This document shows, piece after piece, positions 36,301-51,300 of a stretch of DNA of 64,000 nucleotides. Source of the stretch: Tubulanus polymorphus (Eukaryota; Animalia; Nemertea); the NCBI RefSeq assembly GCF_964204645.1, contig NC_134025.1, positions 2,914,001-2,978,000 of the forward strand. Reading direction: 5' to 3'. A program made the translations under genes and the position numbers. Numbering within the stretch: position 1 is the first letter of the stretch; the number at the start of each line of letters is the position of its first letter. The notes beneath the pieces are model-generated. The model made no database searches. It worked only from the letters and a program-made list of their open reading frames with translations, and was not told the DNA's origin.

Positions 36301-39300
36301 ATTCAGATTTTATTATCTATAAGATTAGTTTGAAATCATCAATGATTAAATGACCATAAAATAGTGTTCTTATTTATGAATTAAGTGAACACTTAAAGGC
36401 TGTATGTGTGTGGCTTGAAGGTACCATTTTAAACCTCTAGCAACCATTGTTCTCCGGTTTAAGGAAGGCTATGATCAGATTGTGATTCTGTTCGCTCGGG
36501 TTAATCATCTCATAAAAATCCTTCTGGAATTATATTTCTATTGTAACCACGGTTTCTTTTGTTTTCAAACATCCTAATGTTCTTATCGTGCAAAATCGAG
36601 GTTCGAGGTTTAACGTGAAATGAAAATGTTAGATTTAGCTCCAAAAAATTTGGAATCATTTAGGCGTGTACGTTACGTGTGTTGAAATATTGAATCAATT
36701 CGCTCAACAAACAATCTGGTTACAAGAGCTACAGTTTTTGGTAAGGTATTTTTTCTTTCTCTCGGGTTCCGTCGTAATTCAATTACTGCTCATCAATTAT
36801 GCTACACAACCGCACTAAATTGCCTTGTCAAACTGTTGTCATCTCGACGATGTAGCGATGATGTTACTTTATGGAGCCAGCTATCTCTCTCCGTTCTCTC
36901 TCTCTCCGTTAATTCATGCGTCGCTGAGATGCATATATGAAGAGTAAACAGGCAGATGCTTCTACGGCAAAATCACCTGGCTTCAGGAAAAGCCTTCCAT
37001 TTGCAGTAAAACGACATTAACAAATCATACCAATCATTTCTGCGGGTTATGAAAGTTGCGGCTGTTCCATAATTCAGGCTGGTGTTGCAGTTTGAAGTTA
37101 ATTAATGGCAAGCCCGTGTTGCCTGGGCTTTGAGGAAATTGGCGATCACCAAGACATTAATATAGTGGTTGACAAGAACATATGAATATGTATGGTCGAA
37201 ATGGTGCGTCAAGCAGCTGATTAATTCTATCGGCACTTTTTTATTCGTTTACTTAGAATAAACGAAAAACCTAATAAACATATTCATTGTTTTCACATAA
37301 TAACATCACCTGCAAGTTCTGCAATAACTGTCAACGCCGTTTTTGGACCGCAGAGCTTTCAAATAAAACGCTAGAGGATCGCGCATAACAAATGAATTGT
37401 TTTATAGCCACTATATGAGTGGTTTTTCGGATGAGAAATGCGGAGTATGTGACGGATGATAGATAATAAAACCAGTAAAATATGCGAATTATCATCTATC
37501 GCAGAAAAATCGTGCTTTCTTCGCGCTGTTTTAGTTTGGGATAGTTACCTGATGGAAGCCGAGATACTGTTCTACAGTTCTAGATGAAAAGAAAACTTCT
37601 CCATCGCATGTAACCAAAAATACGAAACCATTCAAAGCCTGAAGGGTAAAAACAACAATTTTAACTACTTTATTCTACGATATTGATATCATTAAGATGA
37701 AAAAAACTCACAATCTGATATATAAACTATTATATACCTGTAGTAAACTGTCGCCTTCAGAGAACCCAGGTTCGGGATAAAGATGACTTCTTGTAGTTAA
37801 ATGACTATCCAAACCATATCTATCATGAAGCACAGCTGTAAAACAATAATATAATGACATTATCATCATCGATACGAGTAATTCATGCTTGTTCCGTAAT
37901 GAAAGGAATTCCACGCGACATGTTTTGCCAGATGAAGGAACCAATAGCTACCGAGTAAGCTGTCAACTATATATATATACATTTTTATATTGTTTTTATG
38001 AAATCTGATATGGACACAAGAACAGCTTGAATTCCTCGTATATTCCTCATAACAATTAGATTTTGAGAAGAATGTTTCGACTTTTACATGAAGAGATATT
38101 AGTAGTATGACTGTCGCATTCCGTGCTCATTATTTTCCATTTTCAATCTAGTATTTCAATCGATACACAATTCATCATTCGCTATTTCCAAATCTGAACC
38201 GAATCTTCACATCAAAGCGACGTTGTAAAGAGTTGTTTCTGTGTTTAGCCCCCGATGTATAAAAATCTACGGCAAGTTATTTGGATTTGATTTCACCGAG
38301 TTGAACAGAACTTCCTAAAACGTCGTCACGCAATCAGTATCAGACAATGAACGGATCTGGTGATGTTTGCATCTCTATTTTACAATACGTTATAAACCGG
38401 TGCAAAAATAATACTCATAACTGTATTGAAAATGTCGGTCTGTATTTGATAATGTTTCCTAATTATGATTTAGTGTCAGATAGCCCTGAGCTACTTCTGA
38501 AATGCACATGCAAGCACGCACATATCATAGAAAGATCGGTCACACATTTATAGGAAAACCAAAAAAAAATCGAACACACGAAACCAATGCGAAAATACAC
38601 GACAAATTCGTAAATTCGATACAAATTTTTAATCTAATTTCACGCTAAAAGCCTGAAATACAATAAACTAATCAAATTAATATTTTATTTGACAAGATGT
38701 CAAGACGGGAATTAAGCCATTTTAAGAAGATGTTCCGCCGATAAGATCTCGATGTTGAAAAATTGAAATTAGCGGCATCGCGAATATCCATCATTAAAAG
38801 TTCAGGAAACAAGAACCTCGATCCATTGATGGCCGGGATGTATGTAACATAATCCTTAAAAACTACCAAAATTATGACAGCCGGATAATTTCAGCAATTT
38901 TCAACGATGACAACAAAAGTGACAGCGGGGTAAGAATGGACAAAAGGAAGCTGTAACCTGATAGCTAATAATTAAATATGGTCGTGAAGACTCGGGACCC
39001 CTCGGCGACGATCGTAATCACAGGCAAATCGACCAGACGTGCCAACCAACGGTCAATTAGGACACATTTGTGGTTCGCGTAAGTTTCAAACATTTGATTC
39101 TGGGTGTTTACGCTGATTGCCGACTTCTTTCGCCAAAAGCAACGATTCTTTGAACTACGGATCGACATCAAAGATGCAATTAAAACTCATCATGAGGTAG
39201 TGGAGAAAAAGTTCGCTATAGCCGCGTTCACGCTGTGGCAAGTTAGTCCGTACCGGACCAATTTAGAACGAGTCAAATCAATTTTGTGTGTTCACACGGA

Positions 39301-42300
39301 TTTTCGGGCCGTCACTAGTCCAGCAAGATGGAACACTAAGTTTCTATTCACGCACACACAGAATTAGAGACAGTTCTAGAATTTAGAATGAACCTGGATT
39401 GTTCGTTTTGGTCAATCCCAATTAGTTTATTCTAAAATTCCACGAATCCAATTTAGAACGGACGTTTCGCTAAAAGTTTTAAATGTAATCGCTTGGTCCG
39501 TTCTTAATTGGACTAAATTTAGAACGTTCTAGTTGCGAATGTGGAATATGATGGAAAGAATTTGCGTTCCCCTAATGGACTTACTTCCCATCAACAATGT
39601 TTATATATTTACCAATAAAATAAAGCGACAGTGAATGGATTTTTTTGATACCGAAATCATCACAATTCCCGAAGTATTCTAATGCAAAGAGCTATTCCCG
39701 GCTACGGCTGCTATTGTGTCGAAATGCCGTCAGTCTGGAGGAGTTATTAAATCCCAGTGATGTTGGCGACCGGCTTTCCCTCGAGGCGAACAGTCATTTA
39801 TTTTTCGACCGTAGTCATTTGTGACAAGTAGCATTGTTTCTGTGCAGCCAGAAACTACGGTACATTAGTCCACAAAAAAAAGTTCCTATGGTCTACAAAA
39901 ATAATAGCCGTAAATACTACTGGCCACATATCAATGATCGGTCATGGAAAATATCAACATCAACTCGATTTATGCTCGAAAATGAGCAAATATAATTTTT
40001 TCAATGTTTACCAAAGCGTCTGTATCCAGTTCTCTGAGAGCGCATTGAAAGTAAGCATTTTTTTGTTGTTCCGCCGGCAAACTGTGCCCGCATCATTGAT
40101 GCAGGTTGATAACTTTCTAGCATTTTTTTCTTTTGATTCGTGTCAAGTCGCACATGCGTCGATTATATCCGCACACATTGCAACTTCCATAATCCGCTGT
40201 TAAAGAACCTGCTCACAAGCGGATTAAGCGCCAACAGATTTTCATTCGCTTATTGTCATCGTCACAAAACATACGCTGTAAACCATTAAGATACATTCAC
40301 ACCAATCACATTAATGTATTCTTCTATTTGATTAAGTCATAGGTCGAGTGGACCCGATGAACAATTTACAATCTCTTCATCAGAATGATTTAGAAAGAAG
40401 CCATTTCGATAATCCTTCATTTGTTTCCCTCTCTCAAATACTGAGATCAACTATATTAACTATCGCTTAATCGATGCTAGTTCATTAATAAAATGCATGC
40501 ACCCAGTAACACACACAGAAAAAAAAGATGATTAACAAATCATGAAACTATTCAGTTTCCGCAATCGTACGGAATGTCCCTACAGAAAGGTCAAATTCCA
40601 GGAAATGACGATAGATAATTTTTGTTAAACAACGTGAAAAACTTAGATTTAAACAGAAATAAACGATGGAAGAAGAGATTTTTAAGATTGCATGACTAGT
40701 AAAGTGAGCGTGTTCCTTTCTCATGCGTCAGTTGGCTGCAGCCAATTTCCATTTAGAAATAAATCAATGTAACGGAGCCCCCTGTAACTTACAGGCTACA
40801 GATGTCGTAGGTCACATCATATACATGTAAAACACCAATTGGGTATTGACATTATGTCGTAGCCAAGTTGAAAATACAGTTTTGCTAATTTGAATGATTG
40901 CTTTGTAGAAATATTTGCATCAAAACTCTAAAGTGATATGACTACTGGGATTAGAAAAGGGTTTAAAAATCCCCAGCAATTCTTCAGTTTACAAAGTTCA
41001 GAGTTTGTGGAGAAAAAAATTCCGCCACATTTGTATTAATGGTTAAATTTCAGCGTACATTGACAGCGGCATCAGTAGATGAATTAATGACAGTCGGTGT
41101 CTGGCTACATCCCTCAGGAACGACACTCTATTTTCACAAAACTAGACTCATCCAAACTTAATTTTCGGGATAATTTGATTTAGCATCCATCTTGCTATCG
41201 CGTCTCTGGTAGCAAACCATCAGAGAAACATTTAAAACACGTGCTGAAGGAGCAGCCATAAATTTATTAATTATTTTCAAACAGAGCTGACCCTGGCTAA
41301 TTGCTTTGTTGTATCTTTATGGCGAGGTTAAATTTGCCAGCTAATAAAACCGAGACAAAACCCAATTTTCAGAAAATTGAATCCCCGTAAAACTAATGCG
41401 GTCTCACATGCAACCTGACACGACAGTGATGCATGGGTGTTAAAACTATCAGCTTTATACAGTTCTCATTCTGCTAGAATATTCTCTAGAATAGTTGTGA
41501 AGGTTTATCAAAAATGATAAATATGTAGAATTGAGAAACTGATCCTCCTTTAGTGTATTTTCAATAAAATCTAATTTTAAAGCACGATTCTCGAGGCAAT
41601 CAGGTGAATTAGAAATCAAGCTTTAGATTCAATCCTAACCAAGTTTCACATGACGCGATTCCGACATTTAAGTTTCATGTTTACGTTGCATGCGACTGGA
41701 GCTGAAGATCCACCAGTCGTCAGTACATGTCATGCTAAACATAATTAGCAAACAAATACTTGTATTAATTACCTAAACGAATGCAATAATATGATTGTAT
41801 ATTGCGTGAGGGCTGAGCATGTTCCGCAACCATACTGTAAAACTTGCTTCAATGCCTCTTCTGATGCAGTACTACTACTATCACTTACTTTGAATGGTGG
41901 CAATTTGTAAATATTGTCTACTTTCACGACAACATGCAAAACACCCTCCGAACATGCAAGACAAACATGAAAATTTACGTCAGATTCGGATGATGTCTCA
42001 TATGCATTTATATAACGATTTATCGCATAAGCTCTTTTTATTTACTTTTATCACAATTTACAGGATAAAACGACGACGAAAATAGACAAAGACAAACTGG
42101 AAACCACATAAGCCGATAGAAGTCGAGTTGATTGGAATATTGCTCATATTACTTGAGTTATGGAGGATAATGTGGCCATTAGAGTATGCACAAATCCCGA
42201 ACAATCAGGGATAGTTCTTATTGGTGAAGTAATCTATAATGATCATGTGTATAGGAGAACATCTGAATTATTTATCAAATCTCCTAGCTACGAAACTTGA

Positions 42301-45300
42301 ATCAGTATTTATGAGCTGATAATGAAGCATAGAGACTAACTGCTATTGGTCAGTACATCGATATGTCATCGGATACAACTTTAAATCGGACGTCTTCTTC
42401 ACTTGACCTCAAATCTCTTATCCATCGATAAGATGCTATCTTTCATCAAATTACGTAATACGCTGGTAATTTCTCTCTTTTTTCGGATTCTTTCACAAAA
42501 AAGAGATGAGTCTTGCAGCGGATCACAAGACCAGCAAATATTTTGTAAGGCAATTAGTCAACGTTGCTCGGAAAGTGTGCGTGCCAGAAGGGATTTTTCA
42601 GCACTCAGCTATTTCAGATATATAGACATGATAGCATAAACGAGATGGAATGATATTTGCTGAAAATTAGACCATAAAATCTCGAAAGGCAGCACTCAGG
42701 CTCTTTATGGCGAAACACTAGATGGAAGAACATAAAATGCACAACTGATGATCAAAATACCGAACAAATAAGTAAACGAGACAGATAATGGCGTACAGCC
42801 ATAAACATCGCAAAGGAGTGCAAATGCGTAAATAGCTCTGATGGATTCTCATTTGGATTTAATGGAATTGTTCGCCAAAATGCTACAGTAACTGATGACA
42901 TTAGGATATTTGATTACTTTTACTGATATCCTGAAGTCAAGACAGGTTAATGATACCATTCTCAAATCGGGAATCTGTGACAATGTCAGTTCTGCACTCT
43001 AACGCTTAAAAAGTCAATGATCAAAAATCCCACATCCATCAAAAGCACATAATAACTGCATCATTGACCGTAAATCAAATAATGACGTACATGTGTAATA
43101 CCAAACTGACAATGAAAATACTTGCAATACAGTTTGAATTATTGTATGTGAATCTAATGCGATATAAAATACCAATTTGTCAGGTGTCTAATAGGTTTAT
43201 TATTAGAAAGAAAAAATAGTATATCCCATCATCAGAACAAAATATCAAATCAGGTTTTAATAATTGTCACGTAGACTGTGATAATAATATCTGTGGATAT
43301 CCCGTTATTGAAAATATCACGAGAACTGAAGAACAGAGAATTAATGAACTTCACACCAGTGTCAGAAGTGAAACTCTTTCAAAATAAGAGCTCAGCTTTC
43401 AGAATTTAATGATCGCTAAGGATAAATTGATACAAAAAAGTCTTCATGAAAATTCTGGTATCAGCTTTAGAGTATTTCTGAGTTTGTGAACTTATTCAAT
43501 TTGCGCTAAAGGAAACTGACTTAATTGACAAGATTGCGTGACAGGATGTCTTCTCTGCATTAGCACATGGGTCAATTTTTTCCGCCAGCTCTCAAGAGTG
43601 TCGTCGATTTCCATCTGAGAACCACGGCGACGGCATATACCGAGTAAACTTTTAATTGAAATAATTTCTTATTTCAGCATCATCCTCACCGTTTATCACT
43701 TTAAATTCTCGCCATCCTCTCAGATGTGCGATACTGTTGTCTTATCGATATGAGGAAGACTTTTTTTTACGAAAGCTGTAATATTAGCATCTATTCATGA
43801 GGTGTAAGAAATCCGAGATTTGTCTATTGGCGTTGCATGCAAATCTGTCATTTCGCGGGAACCTAAAAATCATTACGAGTGCATTATGAACCGTTCAGAA
43901 TCGATAGAATGCCATAAAGAACTTTTCCAGGACACATTTACTGTCGACAAACATCTTATTTGGCACATGAACGTCTCGTTTCTGCGTATAAATGCAGCTT
44001 GATTGAAAAACAATATCTGTCCTATGAAAATAACGATAGCGAACGTCGCATGTTTGACACATAGCAGTTCCCCAAAGCAACTCAATCTTGACACCTACTG
44101 TCATGCAAACCAGAATTTATTCCAATACTTGTCTCTGCATCTCTCGAGCGCTATCTGACTGGATATACAAACCTCGCCATATACATAACATATATACAAA
44201 CAATTTATACAGTTCTAGCAGATATGATGGATGAGACTTATCAATACAAAGAACAGAATTGACCAATCTAGCACTGGCGCATAAAATACGGTTTTCCAGG
44301 CTCAAGATAAATATACGTGAAAAATTATTACTTGCACATTTACTTCACCTTTTCACTAAATGACAAGTGAAAACCTAAATTTATCTTCATTTCCTCTCAA
44401 TAATCGTCCATGTTGCGTATACACGAGGAAGTAAGGTAGTAACCGATCTTTTACAGGATATCAAAACTGAGCAGTGAAATTAATATCAGTCAACGATCAA
44501 GTTAGCAATTAAGAAATGCACCCAAGAAATGTCAACGTAGTTGTTTTTTTGTGTCGAAACCATTATCTAATCTGGAAGGCAAAGGGCCAAGTTATCAACA
44601 ACGTGATGTAGGCATTTTTACGTCAATTAACTCTCAAATCAGCCATCGTTGGCAAAACACACAAAAGCCATTATGGGCTGCAGTCGTTCATAAATGCCAG
44701 AAAATGCAGACTTCCTGCAGTAATCTTCGTGAGCAATCGACTGGAGACTCCTGTTAAGTGATCCCTAATCATAGCCTACGCCGGCAGTTATAAGGAGGTC
44801 TCCATGTGAACTGTTGTAATCGCGAAACAATTTCAACGAATGATATTTGAAATTAACATCGCGCCATAGATTAGAAATGGGTATGTGAGAAACGTAAAAA
44901 TCACTCAAGCAAGTTCTAAAACCGATAAGATATTTTCAATAAAGATTTCCTGGATAGTGAAAGCAGATTATCCAAATCAAGCCCAGAGATACTACTATCA
45001 GAAAATCATTTTCTTGTTGTGTGTGTGAACAAGCAATTTATAGAAGTCGAAAAGAAGGTGCGGGGTAAAGAGAATTTAGTAGAGGTGATAAATATCACTA
45101 TTACTCCAGATTCAAGTTGACAGCGTGCATGAGTATCATTCGATTATCTGTTTGCTCTCGTTAGACAGTTACTAGCGTAATACTTTTCCGGTAAATGAGA
45201 TGGGAGGAGCTAAGAATCCGATGACATTCCGTCTGACTTGAGATGATCATTCCAGCGTACACGACGTGAATTATATCTCTTTTATTCGTGGATTATTTCG

Positions 45301-48300
45301 GATGAAAACTGACATCACAAAAGTGGAGTTAGTTCTTCGCGGCGTAATGTACCGAACCTGAACTCAATAACACCCGAGTCCGATCACCAGACACAATTCC
45401 TGTTAGGTTTTACTGTCCCGGATTTAAATAGGCTTACAGCCAATGCTCGTTACTGAATAGCTGTGATATTATTTAATTAAGTTCACCTTTCGACTGCTTT
45501 GAAACATTTCATTATAGTAAACCACCGCGGATAAATGTATCATGAGAAATATTCAGACAGCGCCCGCGCGCTTAATTTTGTACGAAATGAATGTACAATG
45601 CGTCCATTTTATTCCGAATGCATCGCAACCGAATAAACACTTTATTCACAACATTTGAATATCAAATACATTCGTATATTATAATAATCAAATATACGAA
45701 AGTTTCATTTCAATGCACCTCCCATATTTGATTAATAAGTAATGATGACGTAAAAGCGATGCGGTTTATAATTAGATTCAACATGAAACAAGTCTAATTC
45801 AGTCCATTTGAAAGTTTACTCGATTCATTAACTGTCCAATATCAACTGGAGATAATTCATTTCATCTATAACCAATAACATCATACCGGTTAAAACGAGT
45901 TAATATGAGAGTTGTTAATGTAAAAGACGCCCGCTAAATTATATCTCAAATGGACTCAACTATATCACGCATGGATTTATCGTAGTTTCAAAGATACGAT
46001 TAGTTTGGAACCGAGCACTTGTGCCCTTATTTCATAGAAATCTGTAGTTTAACTCATTTGATCCACATGAATTTCACTTGATGAGTGAGTTGATATCACC
46101 TCATCTGATGAGGGAATATCACCTCATCTGATGAGGGGATCTCACTCACCTGATGAGAGGTATGATCCATAAAACCTTCGTGTTAACAAACTGTTTTATA
46201 TTCATTAGAAAATGAGATTTATATTGTTATCGCTTCTACGGATTTTTGGTTACTTAAACTCTCTCTCTCTACCTAAGATGTGAATACTCACCCAAATACC
46301 TATTCTATTCGTATTTGAACGATGCAGATATTTCCTGTACTAATGTCAACTTTTCTGCAACAAAAATGGCTGTTTTGCCTCAGGTAACGAAGCAGCATGG
46401 TTGAAAAATGTAACAGTCAGAGAATATTCTGAATTATAATTCCATTTAAAACGAACAATTGAATTTGATATAATGCTGTGAAACATAATCGGCTTTAAGC
46501 TGAAAATCAAACAACCAAAGTGCTACAGAAATTAGCATCCATTTATTCTGAAACGTATCGTATTTAAGCTATTGACTCCGTATTGAATGTAATACCAAAT
46601 AATGAAATAAGAAAAAAAACTCACAATCGCAGTCAATACTGGTTATCAAATAACACCGCTTGAAAAACTGTGCATTAGGAATATTCTAGAAGATGAACAA
46701 GATCAAATGTAGCCTTGTCCCAAAGAGGCATATTTCACAAATAAGCCTTACTGAAATTCATGATGAGAAATCACTACATCTCCCTTACCATAGCAGGTTA
46801 TTGTAGATACAAAGCGCTTCTGAGAAATCTATTAGAATCCACGTTAAAACGTCTTCAACTTCCGAAACATTTTAGTATACCACAGTAGTATGCACAAGGA
46901 AGTCCTCTTGACTTCTCCCTTTATTGAAATCTTACAAAAGCGTTCACGATTTTTTCTTTACTAAAGACCGGTTGCTTGGAGACTCATTATTCTAACCATA
47001 ATGTTTGTCCTGCACTCAACAAAATTTCAAGAGCCAATTCAAAACACTTGACACAAAGCCGAAGCGAGCTTTTGATTTTTTCTCCTCTTTTCAACCGGTA
47101 GACTAGTACAAAAAGACTATTTTTTTACGGATTCATCCTAAGGAAACACATTCCTGTTCTTCTGAACATAAAATCGACTGACAAATACTATCCGTAATTA
47201 TAGAATTATCATCGTACACTATATAACAAAGATTGAATCATTTTCCTGCAGTTTAAAAGGAAGCTCAATTCGATACCAGCTGATTCTTTACATTGGAATT
47301 ATAGTAAATTCTGATATTGTTTGATTGGTGACTCATGGGCATATCTTATTTTTTGCTCCCTACGTTTCGGCGAAACGAAGCCGATGAACATAATGTAATG
47401 TAAATAGAAAATTTACCGATACGATATTGCAGAAATCAGTTTTTACGCATCGGAATAAGAGGGTCCTACTCGTGTCAATAATGGACCCCCCGGTGAATTA
47501 ATTATCCGGAAATTATACCCACGATGCACCTCGGTCATAGTTCAGTTTTACCCCATCTCACGAAACGACAATGAAAAATTTGACGCTGGAATAAATATAA
47601 ATGAGGAAGAAATAGAGAATCGTTCGCTGGCGTTCAAATCGAAGAATCAGATAACTCATCGGCGGCGCATTACTGATTGATTCCGTTGTTCCGTGGCTGT
47701 TTATCGAACGAAAAAACACCGAACCACAGTCGACAAACAAGAGAAATCTAATAAGCAACATCGTATTATTGTAGACAATAATAACAGCTTTATTCATTGA
47801 TACACGGTACAAATACCGTATTGTCAATGAACCAACATTAATGAAATATCGCACAATGTTGTTTATATAAAATGAGCTGAAAACCAAGAAATTATACAAA
47901 CAACGACTCAGTGTTGATACGTTTTATACGCGGAGATGCTACAAAGAATAGGCCTAATTCATTTGAAATATGGGTTTTTTCTCATGCTCGGCGTCCAGGG
48001 AAGAATACACCTGTTTCATGTAACAACATTATTGTATAGTCATTACTTAACAGAACAAAATAATATTTAACCGCATGAACCCGCGAAACAAACATTCTAC
48101 AGCAACAAGAATTAATTAAGAAAGGAGACTATTTACAGTAACAAAAACGTCAGTATGAAAACACGATATAGAAATAATAGTTTAGCCGTGTTTAGACAAG
48201 GAAAGAGATGTTACAGAATTCTTTATTTAAATGATGGGAATACTGCAAGTGTCGTCACAGCAGGATCAGTGACGCGATGGCCTGCTCTGTTTTACCAACT

Positions 48301-51300
48301 GTGGGCACTATACAGAAAATACACAACGATTTTTTGCTTAACGGGATCACTTTTGATAATGTTAACTCGCGCTATTGGATCCAATAATGCGATTTACTTT
48401 GACCCGCCTCCACCGAGCCTCAGGGGCATGATTAGTGTTAGAGTAAAAGTCACAATAACCTCTCAAATACAGTCAATTGAGCCCAGCACGAGACAGAACT
48501 GAGAAAGTAATAGATACAATACTAGAAAGAAAAAGAGCTTCGCGCGTAGCTTTACTGATGCTATACGGTGAAAATAGAGGATAAATAAGAAAGGATGACT
48601 CGTAATGTCAGCTTACTGAACCATGAATTTACAAGCAAAACGCATGAGTGATATTATCAATACAAATCCATACATTGTCTTTCCCGAGTGTCCTTAAAGA
48701 CAATTAGCCAAGTCAGCGCTTCCCACGAAAATCTCCCGACAAATATGGATTATCGTTCCCCAGTGGTAAATTTCTATGTCAAATTCGATAAGATAGTCAC
48801 ATATATGTGAGCACCATTTACTCGACGGGTCGCGGCCTCTACGAGTCAATAATTCTACAAAACTGTCAAATTCGATCCTAAATGAATTTTTGAAAAAAAA
48901 GCTTTTTTTCTATCCTGACGCTTTTGTTGCCAGCGTGAATCCAGTAGCATATCGGGGGAAACAAAAAACGCGCAAATGATAGAACTAAAAGCTATGAAAT
49001 CCATAAACTGCATTATATGATGGGTCTACTATCAAAAGTATAACAATTCTTTTGATTGAGTCAGTGTATGAATAAATCATTATCTCTAACTCCATAACTC
49101 AGCGTGGCGAATATAACAACCTGCATTTATCGATACACAACCTGAAGTTTGTCGAAATGGCCGCAAATCGGATATTCACAGCCAAACATTGTAACGACAG
49201 TATACGATCGTGTATCATATACGTTTCTGGTGCTTATACAGCCGCGATTATGCGTAGAAAATTTGGCCCAGGTCAAACTGGCCCGGACCAGACCCGAATC
49301 ATGCCCTTCACACGTAAATCATTCAGCCATCATGACGATGCAGCTGTGGCAAGTGAGGTGAGTCACGTCCGGCATCCGCACGGAATAATTTGACCCGTGC
49401 TGAAAATTTGGCACTGACCTGATCCGACGTTTTTGACCCATTTGACACCAGTCTGAACGCTTGGCCAGGGTTTAATGTGGTACGGGCCTAATTTGTCCCG
49501 GGTCAAAAACGCTTGTGGGATCACGACTCGTATTTGCATCATAGTTAACAGAATGTTTATATGGAAATAAAACATTAAAGATTAATTCTAGGAAATAATT
49601 ATCATTACGATTATTACCTTGGAAATATGCTTTAGTGCGGAGGTAGCTGACACTGAGTCGGAGGATAGACAGTTTGTCTAGTTTTGAGATGATACTCTGT
49701 TCGAATGGCAGCAGACTCGCTAAAGTATCGAGTTCGCCGTTCAATCGTTCCCGGTGTCGTTTACTCGGGTTGCTCTTAGGAGGATCTTTCATAGGTGGCT
49801 TCACGCTGAAAATATATTTAAAAAAAAAACATGTAGAACTAAGTTCTTGCTCGTAAAAGATACATTTATGGATGATATGGCAGTAGATGATGTTTAAGGG
49901 CAATCGTCTATTGCATAAAAGGCCGCCACGGCTAATTGACCAAAATCATAGCCATAATCAAAGATGCGAAATAACTTTTCATCGTAATTAACACCTTTTA
50001 TATATCGACAATCGAGAAAAGATTCCGATGTTCGTTCTGATTGCTTGCGCTTCTCGATGAGTCAAACCCACGTCAATTACATAGCAGTACTCTACAATCA
50101 GACATCAGTCATTCGACATCGTGATAACCGTTCTCTACACGGTTTTTCATCGATGATGAATTCATCCAGTCTTCTATTTCCACTGATTTTTATGGTAGAA
50201 GAATGGCAATCAAGATTGTTTTATCCGGCAATATTCAACGAAGTTTACAAGCACATCCATTCAAATCCAAAAATGATACACTATAAAGATTTAACCCGAG
50301 ATACATATGAACCCAAGGCAAATACTGGTTATCAAATTTGTGATATGTATTGAATATTTCTATCATCATATTTCAAATGATATTATCACTCTACATTAAG
50401 GCGTTGGCACTCGATGCTTTGATGTATTTTTGGTATTTTATTGCCGTACTACTGAAAAATGCTAATCTATAACTTCTAAAATATATGAAATCATAAACGC
50501 GATCAATACAGCTAGTAAATATACATATATTATTATAAACATGAAAGTTATTTGATTTCGTGAAAGTTGTTGCCTGCTTCGGGCTATACACATTTACTAT
50601 AGACTATACCCGGTAAGTCTGAAACACTCTGTCAGTGCTGTAACAATGTATGATAAAATCTCACAATATTATGATATGAGAAAGTCGTAAAGGTGTTCGT
50701 TGAGCGAGTATATATTTCAACGTATCAGCAATATCTTAATAGTCATCTTCAGGAATACTGATGACTGTCAGGATAAAGTCGAAACGTCGAAATAAACAAC
50801 TGCTCAAGAAAATATTTCTGATTCGTTTTTGTACTGATAATAATAGTCTGAAAGTTTGTCTTGTCCCTTGATGTTTGCCGCAATCAGCTTTAATTCCGCC
50901 CATCTTAAACAATAAAACACATACATGAAGTAATTTCTTCTACGCACAGTCCAATAGATAATAATGATTGTGGTCGTCTCGAGGGGTTTTCTTTAATAGC
51001 ACCTTCAATTTTGAGAAATATCGCAACGCGACAGGACTGCGGTTCGCATCTGTGAAAATGTCTGTGTGAAGCTTGGGATAACACATCATAAATAAACCAA
51101 TTAAAGTCGTAGTCCAGCGCAGATAGACAGTGACAGGCGTATGAATTAATCAGTGACGATTTGTGACAATTTTATCATACTCTGGGGAGTCTGAATTCCA
51201 ATTAAACGACAATCTCACTGCGGTTTTGCGGTGAATAATACGGATCATATGCCGGATTAAACAGAATTTCAAATTACTAACATTACGCGTATATATTGCA

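Noticed and set aside
47358-47390. Minus-strand GGC..GCC-GAAACGTA hammerhead half
   Set aside because: No CUGANGA box upstream, and too short to support.
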